A stretch of 64,000 nt of DNA, from positions 1-64,000 of IMG/VR virus record IMGVR_UViG_3300047557_004483, one strand, 5' to 3'. The stretch is from a virus (Duplodnaviria > Heunggongvirae > Uroviricota > Caudoviricetes). Within the stretch, counting starts at the first letter, position 1, and every line of letters starts with the position of its first letter. Below the pieces are notes generated by a model. That model was given only the letters and a program-made list of their open reading frames with translations, was not told the origin of the DNA and did not search any database. The position numbers and the translations under genes are program-made. Below are positions 34,792 to 43,831 of the stretch, piece after piece.

Positions 34792-35345
34792 TTTGACTTC
34801 CAAACTTTTTCTTCTACACCAATAACAAATCCAACGTATCTTGAAAGAACAAATAGATAGTCACTTAATCTATTCAGGTAAATTAAAATTTCGTTAGGAA
34901 CTGATTCCAAAACACAAAGTCTTTCTGCTCTTCTACAGACAGTTCTACATACGTGAGCAGTAGAAACATATATGTGACCACCAGGTAGTATAAAGTTTTT
35001 CAATTCAGGAAGAACATTATCCATTTTGTCAATCCAATTTTCTAAAGATTTCACATCTTCTGAATCAACTGATGATAATTCGAAACCTAACTTAGCATTT
35101 GGGTCTTTAGAAACTACAGAACCTATTTTGAATAGGTTATTTTGAATGATATTCAATTGCAGTTGTTGTTCCATAAATTTAGACTTATCTGAAAATAAAT
35201 GGTCAGAGAGTAACCCAATAAATGAGTTCAATTCGTCTATGGTTCCGTATGCTTCTATTCTTAAATTGTTTTTTGGGACTTTTGTTCCACCTAATAAAGA
35301 AGTATACCCTTTGTCTCCTGTCTTTGTGTATACTTTTTTACTCAT
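34788..35345 (-). CDS. PduO-type ATP:cob(I)alamin adenosyltransferase
   Basis: MSKKVYTKTGDKGYTSLLGGTKVPKNNLRIEAYGTIDELNS is the hallmark PduO-type N-terminus. Confidence 0.85.
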   Translation of the reverse strand: MSKKVYTKTGDKGYTSLLGGTKVPKNNLRIEAYGTIDELNSFIGLLSDHLFSDKSKFMEQQLQLNIIQNNLFKIGSVVSKDPNAKLGFELSSVDSEDVKSLENWIDKMDNVLPELKNFILPGGHIYVSTAHVCRTVCRRAERLCVLESVPNEILIYLNRLSDYLFVLSRYVGFVIGVEEKVWKSN

Positions 35346-35360
35346 ATGGTTATTTGAACA

Positions 35361-35669
35361 CTACAGACTTAACACAATTTCTTTACCTTTTCCGATTAAC
35401 TTACCGTTTTTGTTTATTATCATGAATTTTTCTTTGTCTTTCAAATGGTCGGCAGTTACAGGACCTATTTTTTTTGTTTTACCAGGAAACATTTCAGATT
35501 CCAAATATATATATTTTTTTCCGTTTTCTACTTTTACAAAAGCTTGAGAAGAACCTCCATCACGAATTGGAAGTTTCAATAAAGGTGGTCTCTGTTCTTC
35601 TATTACTTTATTTATAATGCGGGCCAAGTCTTCCTCGTTCAATCTGATTACTTTTGGATTGTTTTTCAT
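35361..35669 (-). CDS. small hypothetical protein, family-B leader MKNNPKVIRLNEEDLARIINKVIEEQ
   Basis: Leader shared with the 1172-2460 array, 33 kb away. Confidence 0.55.
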   Translation of the reverse strand: MKNNPKVIRLNEEDLARIINKVIEEQRPPLLKLPIRDGGSSQAFVKVENGKKYIYLESEMFPGKTKKIGPVTADHLKDKEKFMIINKNGKLIGKGKEIVLSL

Positions 35670-35672
35670 GAA

Positions 35673-36044
35673 TTAGTGCTTAAGAGTTAACAAGTATTTC
35701 AATTTATTTGTCATACCTAAAATTTCATCCCTAAGGTTGAGTAGGTCAGTATCATATCTAGAATCTAGATGGTCACTTAAACCCACCAAAAATTCAGTTA
35801 TGCCATCTAAAAAATTTTGAATAGTCAACTTGGAGATGTCTTGAAACATGATTGAAAATTCAGAATCAAATTGATATCTACCGTACTTACCCATGGTTAT
35901 TTCTGCAAATTCGTCTAAAAAATCACCCAATTGTTCGTAAGTCTCACCATATGCACGATGTTTAGCATCACCATATGTTTGCCAATGTAAAAATCTGAAT
36001 TGATTTTGGATTTGTACTAATTTTAAAATAATTTCTTCCTTCAT
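35673..36044 (-). CDS. hypothetical protein
   Basis: ORF only. Confidence 0.45.
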   Translation of the reverse strand: MKEEIILKLVQIQNQFRFLHWQTYGDAKHRAYGETYEQLGDFLDEFAEITMGKYGRYQFDSEFSIMFQDISKLTIQNFLDGITEFLVGLSDHLDSRYDTDLLNLRDEILGMTNKLKYLLTLKH

Positions 36045-36056
36045 ACTTTATAAATA

Positions 36057-37190
36057 TTAAACCGCACCTAAAGCTGCACCTTTTACTCTACCTAAAACTA
36101 AAGATTGAACCATTTGTTGAATTACATCTCCTTTTGGACTTTGTGTATCCGTAGATTGTGATTGTCCTTGAGTTTCAGGTGTAGTTTCATCTACGCCATG
36201 CTCGTCTGCGAAATTCTGCTGAGACTGAGGAGTTTTTTGATAGTTTGCTAACATCTTTTCAAATTCCGTATCTCCAACTTTATTTTTAAATTCTTCAGGA
36301 CCTACAAAATTAGCAACACCAACGTAATCTAAAAACCCTAACCACCATTTACTTTTTCTCATCAAAGCTCTTACAGACTTATTCCTTCCCATAAGTTGAG
36401 GCATCCCTCCCCATATATTTTTCCACGAAAGTATTTTATTAGGAGTTCGATATGATTTGAAAAAATTTGTTTCGTCCGCAATTTGCTTCAATGCTTTCAG
36501 TTTACTCAACTGTTCTGTCTTAGATAATGTAGGTAATTTTGCCGCTAAATTTTGACCATAAATTCTCAACGGTTTTCCTGCTTTAGCTCCCTTCTCGAAA
36601 AGTTCTATCCATTGTAAAATAGTATTTTTAACACCTTTGAACAATCCTCCAGGACTTCTAAGAATCATTTCTTTCAATTTACCAGATAACTTTCCGAAAC
36701 CTTGTACAAATTTTGCAACAGTACCATCAGTTTTACTTATTCTAGCAAGTTCAGCTGAAGCTCTGGCTGTATCACCAGCCTTTGCCAACCCCATCACATT
36801 TTTCAAACCTTTCACAGATGGACCTCCAACTCTCAACGAAGCCATTACAGGTTTTGCTACAGCGTCACCAATATATGGGACTGCAGAAATAAGTGATAAA
36901 AATCCGAATAATTGGTCTCCCTGTAATATATATGAAACACCGTTTACAAAATCCACAACACCTGTTGGGTCAAAGATTCCTATCACATCACCGAGAGTAT
37001 TCAACCAATGAGCTTCGTTTATATATTTTACTTTTTCAGGATACCAATTTTTGAAAGTTTCAACTACAAATTCTTTTTGTTCTTTTGTGAAATTTTCCCA
37101 ATTTTCGAGAGCAAGATTATATTTTTGTTGAAATTCAATCTCATTTGTTATGTGTTCAAGTTGTTCTTTTTTAAGGATATAGTCAGGCAT
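36057..37190 (-). CDS. hypothetical Lys/Gly-rich protein with hydrophobic segment; same compositional family as 28475 and 29682
   Basis: FGFLSLISAVPYIGDAV hydrophobic segment; GFGK and AALGAV low-complexity stretches. Confidence 0.5.
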   Translation of the reverse strand: MPDYILKKEQLEHITNEIEFQQKYNLALENWENFTKEQKEFVVETFKNWYPEKVKYINEAHWLNTLGDVIGIFDPTGVVDFVNGVSYILQGDQLFGFLSLISAVPYIGDAVAKPVMASLRVGGPSVKGLKNVMGLAKAGDTARASAELARISKTDGTVAKFVQGFGKLSGKLKEMILRSPGGLFKGVKNTILQWIELFEKGAKAGKPLRIYGQNLAAKLPTLSKTEQLSKLKALKQIADETNFFKSYRTPNKILSWKNIWGGMPQLMGRNKSVRALMRKSKWWLGFLDYVGVANFVGPEEFKNKVGDTEFEKMLANYQKTPQSQQNFADEHGVDETTPETQGQSQSTDTQSPKGDVIQQMVQSLVLGRVKGAALGAV

Positions 37191-37232
37191 TGAAATACTT
37201 TTAAAATAAATATCAACAAATAAAAAAAGGGT

Positions 37233-38096
37233 CTATTGACCCTCTTTTAAATCCAATTCCAATTGTTTCTTCTTATCTATGAAACCCTGAACTCTTTTCT
37301 TAGCTATTTCACAATAGTTTTCACTCAGTTCAATCCCTACCCATCTTCTGTCTAAGATTTCCGCAGCAACCAAACTAGTTCCACTACCAGCAAACGGGTC
37401 AAGTATCAAATCATTTTTATATGAGAGTATTTTGATTGCTTTCGTTGGAATATCCATTGAGAATGTTGCCTTGGTAAGTGACTTTGTATCTGCGAAGTAA
37501 TCCCACTGACCGAAGACCAACTCCATAAATTCTTTCTTACTTTCGTCCGTATAGACCATTTTTTTCTTTGAGGTGCCATCCTCATTCTCAATTAAGGTTT
37601 CTTCTCCTTTCCATTGTGGTTCACCTTTAACCTTCTTAATATGATTGTTTTTGTAAGCTAAAATTATACACTCTTTGGGATTATAAATGTAAGGAGATGA
37701 TGGCGACATCCACGACCCCCATGCCGTAGTCTTGCTTCTATGTGGAGAATTTTCTTCTAAATCCACAATTCCGAAGAATTTGAAACCAATACTTTGCATG
37801 ATTGACCATAGTTCTGCCGCCATAAAGATTCGACCCCCTTTCGATTGTCTGTTAATCTCATAGGGTATATTGAGAGCTATTCTCCCATCGTTTTTTAATA
37901 CTTTATAGGCTTCTGTTAACCAACTCTTTGAAAACTTTTTATATTCTTCAAAATCAATATCATCATCATGTGTGTCGTAATCAATTCCAACTCCATAGGG
38001 TGGTGAGGTAACAATTAAATCAATAGAATTCTCAGGAATGTCTTTCATAACTTCAATACAATCCCCATTCAGTATTTTACCAACGTATTTTTCCAT
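37233..38096 (-). CDS. DNA methyltransferase, beta-class N4C/N6A (SPPY)
   Basis: IVTSPPYGVGIDYD N-terminal and LDPFAGSGTSLVAA C-terminal. The ORF-track start is TTG; the ATG (MEKYVGK) is at 38094-38096. Confidence 0.8.
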   Translation of the reverse strand: MEKYVGKILNGDCIEVMKDIPENSIDLIVTSPPYGVGIDYDTHDDDIDFEEYKKFSKSWLTEAYKVLKNDGRIALNIPYEINRQSKGGRIFMAAELWSIMQSIGFKFFGIVDLEENSPHRSKTTAWGSWMSPSSPYIYNPKECIILAYKNNHIKKVKGEPQWKGEETLIENEDGTSKKKMVYTDESKKEFMELVFGQWDYFADTKSLTKATFSMDIPTKAIKILSYKNDLILDPFAGSGTSLVAAEILDRRWVGIELSENYCEIAKKRVQGFIDKKKQLELDLKEGQ

Positions 38097-38121
38097 AAAC
38101 AAAATATAAAAAATTTTTTGA

Positions 38122-38523
38122 CTATAACAAACCTTCGTTTCGAAGTTCTTGTCTGATTTTTGTTGCTGATATCTCTTTGATGTCGTCAGGTGGAATGTGT
38201 TCTATGATATCATATCCAACACCCCTTCCAAAATTAATTGATTCGATATCAGGTATAATAATAACTTTTACCCTTTCATCACCTAAAAGTTGCCATAGGT
38301 CTCGTTTAATTTTTATTTCCACTTCTTGTGCGGTGAAAGGATTTTTTTCATCGGGTTTTATGTCCCTGACACAAATCAAAACATTTTTTCCTTCTTCGAT
38401 ACATTGATTTACTAACCATTTGTGACCATCATGAAAAGGTTGGAATCGTCCCACAATCATGGAGTATTGTTTACCTCCTGTGTTTTTGAGTTTCGGGTCA
38501 CCTTCTACGTGAATTTTTTTCAT
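38122..38523 (-). CDS. nadM: nicotinamide/nicotinate mononucleotide adenylyltransferase (NadM-type, HxGH)
   Basis: GRFQPFHDGH (HxGH motif) together with ISATKIRQ (the ISSTxIR motif) is the archaeal/phage NMNAT signature. Confidence 0.75.
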   Translation of the reverse strand: MKKIHVEGDPKLKNTGGKQYSMIVGRFQPFHDGHKWLVNQCIEEGKNVLICVRDIKPDEKNPFTAQEVEIKIKRDLWQLLGDERVKVIIIPDIESINFGRGVGYDIIEHIPPDDIKEISATKIRQELRNEGLL

Positions 38524-38529
38524 CACTTA

Positions 38530-38964
38530 TTACATTATTCGAGTTAATATATACGACACACATTCTTCAGGTGTGATATCATCCGTACATAAACTTAAAT
38601 AGTTCTCTGATGGTTCTTCATATTCTTTAACAAAGTAATTCTCCCTTCCTCTTATTTGTGTTGTATGAACGTAAACCTCCAAAATATCTTTACCCATCTT
38701 ATCTTTGAACTTATCTCTTTGGTCTTTGTAAGGAGAAACCAATGAGACTACAGGATGAAACCCTTTTCTATGAAGAAACTCTGCAATATGTTGTGCCAGT
38801 TCAATATTCTTTCTCCTACCAACTTCACTATAGTCCTTGTTTTGGAAGATTTCTCTGAGGTCGTCTCCATCTATATTGATGAATGTACCCGTACTATCTG
38901 AAACAAGTTCATTAGCGATTGTAGATTTTCCACTACCTGGTTGTCCTGTTAACCAAATTATCAT
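38530..38964 (-). CDS. P-loop kinase, adenylylsulfate-kinase-like fold (possible nucleoside/ribosylnicotinamide kinase)
   Basis: IWLTGQPGSGKSTIA..IDGDDLR..VSLVSPYKDQR parallels the APS kinase motifs (Walker A, DGD-R, SPY-R). Confidence 0.6.
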   Translation of the reverse strand: MIIWLTGQPGSGKSTIANELVSDSTGTFINIDGDDLREIFQNKDYSEVGRRKNIELAQHIAEFLHRKGFHPVVSLVSPYKDQRDKFKDKMGKDILEVYVHTTQIRGRENYFVKEYEEPSENYLSLCTDDITPEECVSYILTRIM

Positions 38965-39143
38965 TCCTCGTCCTCCATACTTTCTATAGACATCTGTTTA
39001 ATGTAGGCTATTGCAATCCAAGCCATACATGATAATTGCCAAATAAATGGTTCACCTTCGTAAAAATCTATTAGGGAACTTATTCCTGCAGAAATGAATC
39101 CCAAAAACATGAATAATTTATCAAAAATTCTATAATTTTTCAT
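38961..39143 (-). CDS. small membrane protein
   Basis: Two hydrophobic stretches; weak. Confidence 0.3.
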   Translation of the reverse strand: MKNYRIFDKLFMFLGFISAGISSLIDFYEGEPFIWQLSCMAWIAIAYIKQMSIESMEDEE

Positions 39144-39609
39144 TTTTGAGATTTTGAATTTTTCTGTTTAGATAAAAAACCGCCTTTTCCAAATCCTCGA
39201 TTTCTTTAGATGGATTTTTCTTACCGGCTCTTGCAACATATTTTACCACATTGAACAGGTAAGCATCTTTGTCTAAATCCCATGCCTCGCATACTTTGAT
39301 AACTTCATAAGTATTTTTTTCTCCTCCGTAGTGATTAGGGTGATTTACTGATTCAGAGGATTTTGGTAATAATTGTCTAATATTTGTGACGACATAATTT
39401 TCAGTGATGTCATTCATGTGAACTTCGTATTCAACCTCCATTCCTTTTCCATCATTATTAAAAAAATCAAAATGTTGATTACAAATCTCTTGTTCTTCAC
39501 CATGAAGTTCTATTCCCTCAGACCATATTCCGTTGTATAAAACAGTGTAAACATACCACTTTGGTGGAGTGAGGAGTGTGTTGTTGAATTTTAATAATCC
39601 TTCGGGCAT
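39130..39609 (-). CDS. DUF3310 phage protein
   Basis: NHPNHYGGEK..IEVIKV..DAYLFNVVKYV.RAG is the DUF3310 signature common in phage genomes. Confidence 0.6.
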   Translation of the reverse strand: MPEGLLKFNNTLLTPPKWYVYTVLYNGIWSEGIELHGEEQEICNQHFDFFNNDGKGMEVEYEVHMNDITENYVVTNIRQLLPKSSESVNHPNHYGGEKNTYEVIKVCEAWDLDKDAYLFNVVKYVARAGKKNPSKEIEDLEKAVFYLNRKIQNLKNEKL

Positions 39610-39619
39610 ATTATTTTTT

Positions 39620-40276
39620 TTAAAATGTGTAATAAGGCATGTTTTTTTTCTTTATGATAGGACAATAATATTTTTTCCATTCAGGGTACCAATATATTAA
39701 ACCATCCGTTCTTTGTCTGTCCGTTGAATCTATAAAATCCAAATCAATCGGCTGAAACTCAACCTCTCCCCACTTAGTTATTATTTCAAAATCCTCGTCC
39801 GTCATATGGAGTCCTTTTTCATCATCTCTCGGATTATTGAAGTATGAAAAGATTCCATTCTCTTTGAGAATACTACGAACTTTCATCAAAAAGTCACCTC
39901 CGTCGTCTTCCCAAGTGTCAAAATATATTCCATCAAACATGGGTAGATATTTGAAATACCACTGCCAATCACCAAACAATATCTTTACTTTAGGTTTCAA
40001 GTGCCAACCATCATCGAACATTTTTTTATACACGTCTTTGTGTGGTTCTATAATCCAATGTTCAGTGATATTTTGTTCTTGGATGTAACTATCAATGATA
40101 CCCATCCCAAAACCAACGTTCAAAACTTTCCCACCATTTCTACAAACTAACTCTGCAGACTTTTTCATTATGGGTCTTTCCCACTCCATCATGACTGCGT
40201 TACCATATTCATCTAACAACCTACCATCAGATGAATATGTTAACTTTTGGTCTTTGTATGGTTTCACATCATTCAT
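39620..40276 (-). CDS. guanidinoacetate N-methyltransferase (GAMT/RMT2)-like SAM methyltransferase
   Basis: MMEWERPIM..GGKVLNVGFGMGII..EHWIIE..DGIYFDTW aligns with GAMT VMERWETPYM..GGRVLEVGFGMAIA..EHWIIE..DGILYDTY. Start uncertain (ORF-track 40399 is TTG; the first ATG, MNDVKPY, is at 40276). Confidence 0.65.
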   Translation of the reverse strand: MNDVKPYKDQKLTYSSDGRLLDEYGNAVMMEWERPIMKKSAELVCRNGGKVLNVGFGMGIIDSYIQEQNITEHWIIEPHKDVYKKMFDDGWHLKPKVKILFGDWQWYFKYLPMFDGIYFDTWEDDGGDFLMKVRSILKENGIFSYFNNPRDDEKGLHMTDEDFEIITKWGEVEFQPIDLDFIDSTDRQRTDGLIYWYPEWKKYYCPIIKKKNMPYYTF

Positions 40277-40457
40277 TTGGAATTTTACTGTGGTCGAAAA
40301 AGAAACTATCCAAACTTTTTTTGTAATACTCTTGAGAAGTCGTGTCTTCAACTGAAGGAGTAGGTAATTCTTTCTCTCCTTTGTTAGTAAGTCCAACAAT
40401 TGTTAAGCCAATTATAAGAGAAAATAACATTGCAAAAAAGAACTCTTTATTTTTCAT
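40269..40457 (-). CDS. small secreted protein (signal peptide)
   Basis: MKNKEFFFAMLFSLIIGLTIVGLT. Confidence 0.4.
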   Translation of the reverse strand: MKNKEFFFAMLFSLIIGLTIVGLTNKGEKELPTPSVEDTTSQEYYKKSLDSFFFDHSKIPNE

Positions 40458-40574
40458 TCTTACCCCATTTTTTCTCCATATATTCGATATACTTGTGACC
40501 CTTATTGCCGTTATACAACATCCAAACGAAATAATAGTCTACGAACCATTCAACTTTTCTAATAAAACTTTTCA

Positions 40575-40829
40575 TTAGTCTTTGTTTTTATGTTTTTCAG
40601 ACCTTTGCCCTTTTTTATAAGGTTTTTTCTCAACTTGCTCGTTTTCAACTTGGTCCTGACTTGGTTCCAACTTGGTTCCAACTTGGTTCCTTGTGGACTT
40701 TTTCCATTCTGTTTTTGGAATATACTTCCAAGAAAGTCCTACCATGTTAAATGCCGTTTTGTCATCAACACGTCTGATTTCACCTGACTTGAACTCTTTA
40801 CCATCCTTAATTGCCATGATTGTCTTCAT
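40575..40829 (-). CDS. hypothetical basic protein containing an 11-bp tandem DNA repeat
   Basis: ORF; contains about four copies of CAACTTGGTTC at 40646-40692. Confidence 0.4.
   Translation of the reverse strand: MKTIMAIKDGKEFKSGEIRRVDDKTAFNMVGLSWKYIPKTEWKKSTRNQVGTKLEPSQDQVENEQVEKKPYKKGQRSEKHKNKD
40646..40692. repeat. tandem repeat, 11-bp unit (C/T)(A/G)ACTTGGT(C/T)C x about 4
   Basis: Direct reading gives caacttggtcc, tgacttggttc, caacttggttc, caacttggttc. Confidence 0.7.
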
Positions 40830-41021
40830 ATATTCTATTTTTGATTTCTTCCGTAGTTATACCGCTTTTGAATAATTCAAAAACTTTGGAGCTGACATCG
40901 TCCATAAAAATAAGTGATTCGGATGAATAAAGCACAGAAAGTTCATCTGAATTCAGATAAGATTTGGTTACTTGTTCAGTAATAATTCGTCTGTGAAAGC
41001 CCATAAACAAAATTAATGAAT

Positions 41022-41798
41022 CTATTTGACAGAATCAATAACTTGGGTCTTTTTGAAATTAACAATTTGGAAAACGTAAGCCATAATTTTTCTTCTCATC
41101 ATTGGGATGAAGGCTTCTTGCATTGGATATTTCTGTGAACATTTAATTTCGAATACAGGAAATTTTTTGTGTTCTTCTGTCTCTTTCCATGTTGTATTGG
41201 AATAAAGAACATCATTCATGGTTTTGTCCTCTGTTGGTCCTTCGTATATTTTGGTTAGATATGTTTTGGAGATTTGCTGTTTTCCTGCGTTTTTGATTGT
41301 ATACTCCCAAACATGTAGAGTTTCGTCCTCTTTGGAATAATAAAATGAATATCCTTTTGTCGACTCAATATTTTCTTTGTTCTTTTTGATACTGAGGTTC
41401 ATACTATCGTGAACAACGTTCCATATTGATTTTCCAATATTAAAAACATCGAACACTTTAGTTGTTGAATACTTAATAGTCTTATCTATTTCTGCCTGTT
41501 CTTCTTCATTAAGTTTTGGTGGAACTTTTGGGTATAATTCTTTAAGTAATATTTCATCGTCAGGGTCTTCGAACTTTTTCTCAGTCAATAATAATGTATT
41601 TTCTTTCAGTAAAGATTGTAAATTAGCAAAGTGCAATGATAACTCAACAAAGTCTGGATAGATTTCAAATTTCTCGAATCTATTTTCACATTTCTGCAAA
41701 TAACCCAATAGTGTGTATTTGTTATATTCAAAATCTATGGGTTCCTTGAACATCCATTCAGGATTAAGTCTGAATGCCATTTTCTTTTTTCTTGCCAT
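41022..41798 (-). CDS. hypothetical protein
   Basis: ORF only. Confidence 0.5.
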   Translation of the reverse strand: MARKKKMAFRLNPEWMFKEPIDFEYNKYTLLGYLQKCENRFEKFEIYPDFVELSLHFANLQSLLKENTLLLTEKKFEDPDDEILLKELYPKVPPKLNEEEQAEIDKTIKYSTTKVFDVFNIGKSIWNVVHDSMNLSIKKNKENIESTKGYSFYYSKEDETLHVWEYTIKNAGKQQISKTYLTKIYEGPTEDKTMNDVLYSNTTWKETEEHKKFPVFEIKCSQKYPMQEAFIPMMRRKIMAYVFQIVNFKKTQVIDSVK

Positions 41799-41816
41799 AT
41801 TGAAATATAAAAAACT

Positions 41817-43568
41817 TTAATCAAGTCTGAATACATAAATCCATTTGTCATTGATGTTATATTCTTCGTAGTTCCCGTCATACGGACAAAGAACCCCCCA
41901 ACCATCCTCGTCAACCACCGCGTCTACAAACGATTGTCTGTCTATAAACTCTGTAATTTCCATTCCATGTTCCCTTATATAATACAATGGACTACTTCTC
42001 ACGTCTTCAATCATTTCTTCAACCTTCTCATCAATTAATTCTTGTGGAAAATCACCTTCAGGGTCTGATTCTATTTCCTCTATTTCCGATTCAAGTTCTT
42101 CAATATTAGATTCGAATTCTTCAATTTTCGAAGTAATTTCATCTTCTTCCTCATCATCTAAACGAGCCTCCAACGTTTGGATTACTGTTCTATAATATTG
42201 AATTTGTTTTTTCAGGTGAGATATTTGGTCATTCTGTCCATCTGATAACATTCTACTTTCATCATCAAAATACGCATCAGGACTATTGTTAATATCATCC
42301 TCCCAAAAATCTCTGAAGTGGTCTGCAACCATATCTGCGTCGACGTGGTCTTCAACAAATGAAGCTCTAAAACCTTCATAACCAACATCATCCACTAGTT
42401 GATTCACATAATCTACCACTGCATCTGCCATTTCTTGTTGTGTACCAGCTGCATACGTATGCCCGTCTGTAATCAACTCAAATTGCGATAACCCATAATA
42501 GTCATAGGTCAATGGAATAATCGAATATAAATCAATATATTCCGAATACCCTTCGAGTTCATCCTCCAATTCAGAAATACTATCTAATAAGTCAGTTCTA
42601 ACATCTTCACTCTGATTGTATTCGTTATTTAATCTTTCGATTTCTGATTTCAACGAAGCAATATATTCTCTATCTTCATTGGTTATTATGTTATGGTTGT
42701 TTGTATCATCTATAAACCTTAAAACTCCATTTGCCTTTAGACATTCTTCATCACAATTACCACTATTCAAATCCCATTCGTTATCCAACCTTCTTTCTTC
42801 AGCTTGTGCCTCTTTTGCCATTTGTTCTCTTCTCCTCCTCAACGCTTCAATTCTTTCTTTTTCCTTCTTTACCCTTTCCTTGTCAGCAAAAATAGCCAAT
42901 TGTTCAGAGAATTCAGAGTTCATGTAATCTAGAATCTCCTTGATAAGTTTACTAACAATTTCTTCACCAAATATTTCTTTAGGTTTATGAAGAACTTCAT
43001 CTTTAGCATCATAGAATATTTCTTCCCCATCAAATTTTTTCAATAAGGCTATTTTATACATTGGGTCATTTGCCGCCTTGGTTTTGTCTAAAATATAAAA
43101 AAGTTTGCCGTCATCGTTGTATTTTACAAACTGATTATTAGTCTCAGCTGCCGTACACCATTTGGTTCCCTTACCATAATAACAAGAAGCGGTAGGTGTC
43201 AATGGGTTTACGACAAAAAATCTATCATCTTCATAAACAACATTACCACCCTCCACTTGTTTGTATGACCTTCTTGGTCTTTCTACATAAGCTTTGATAG
43301 CAGTTGCTAATTCATCAATACTCTTATATTGTGAGATATCTGTTTTTGGTAGATTGGTTGAATATTTTTTGAACAAATCTATGTTTTGTTTGACTTTCAT
43401 TAAGTTTTGGTCAAAGTTCATAGTTTCTAACACCTGACCAACCCAATTCAGAAATTTTGGTTCAATCAAATCAACAATCCTTTGGACATTTTCTTGACCA
43501 AACTTTCTTGTGAATTGTTGTTTGAAATTATCTTCCCTACTTTCTTTTAAAATATCCAAAAATTTCAT
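41817..43568 (-). CDS. large hypothetical protein with N-terminal domain (..CYYGKGTKWCTAAE..) shared with 54954..56351, plus acidic coiled-coil C-terminal half
   Basis: VVYEDDRFFVV..ASCYYGKGTKWCTAAETNNQFVKY..GKLFYIL aligns with VIFRGDQWTVA..AACFYGG..TRWCTSAPGLSWFDRY..GPLYVVI. Confidence 0.55.
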   Translation of the reverse strand: MKFLDILKESREDNFKQQFTRKFGQENVQRIVDLIEPKFLNWVGQVLETMNFDQNLMKVKQNIDLFKKYSTNLPKTDISQYKSIDELATAIKAYVERPRRSYKQVEGGNVVYEDDRFFVVNPLTPTASCYYGKGTKWCTAAETNNQFVKYNDDGKLFYILDKTKAANDPMYKIALLKKFDGEEIFYDAKDEVLHKPKEIFGEEIVSKLIKEILDYMNSEFSEQLAIFADKERVKKEKERIEALRRRREQMAKEAQAEERRLDNEWDLNSGNCDEECLKANGVLRFIDDTNNHNIITNEDREYIASLKSEIERLNNEYNQSEDVRTDLLDSISELEDELEGYSEYIDLYSIIPLTYDYYGLSQFELITDGHTYAAGTQQEMADAVVDYVNQLVDDVGYEGFRASFVEDHVDADMVADHFRDFWEDDINNSPDAYFDDESRMLSDGQNDQISHLKKQIQYYRTVIQTLEARLDDEEEDEITSKIEEFESNIEELESEIEEIESDPEGDFPQELIDEKVEEMIEDVRSSPLYYIREHGMEITEFIDRQSFVDAVVDEDGWGVLCPYDGNYEEYNINDKWIYVFRLD

Positions 43569-43639
43569 CCTTTTTTATTTGATAAATATTAGGCACAATT
43601 TATATTTATTGGTATAATAAACATTTAAAAATAAATGCT

Positions 43640-43807
43640 ATGGGTTGCGGATGTAAAGGTAAACAACAACCAGCTCCAGCTCCTTCTACTCAAACTACCC
43701 AAACTACTTCGGGTCAAACTACTAAAACTGTCGTAAATGAGAGTGTTAAACAAGCTATCAAGAAGACAGTAGAAAAGTATTATTACGTTAACAAATCTTC
43801 ACAGTAG
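43640..43807 (+). CDS. small protein MGCGCKGKQQPAPAPSTQTTQTT.. (55 aa), not in the ORF track
   Basis: ATG at 43640, TAG at 43805, followed by a strong terminator. Confidence 0.4.
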   Translation: MGCGCKGKQQPAPAPSTQTTQTTSGQTTKTVVNESVKQAIKKTVEKYYYVNKSSQ

Positions 43808-43831
43808 AAAGGGGAGGAACAATTAGTTAGA

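Noticed and set aside
38100-38102. ORF-track starts at 38102, 2877, 40399 and 38526.
   Set aside because: These are TTG/GTG codons. Nearby in-frame ATGs (38096, 2832, 40276, 38523) give more plausible starts, with small uncertainty retained.
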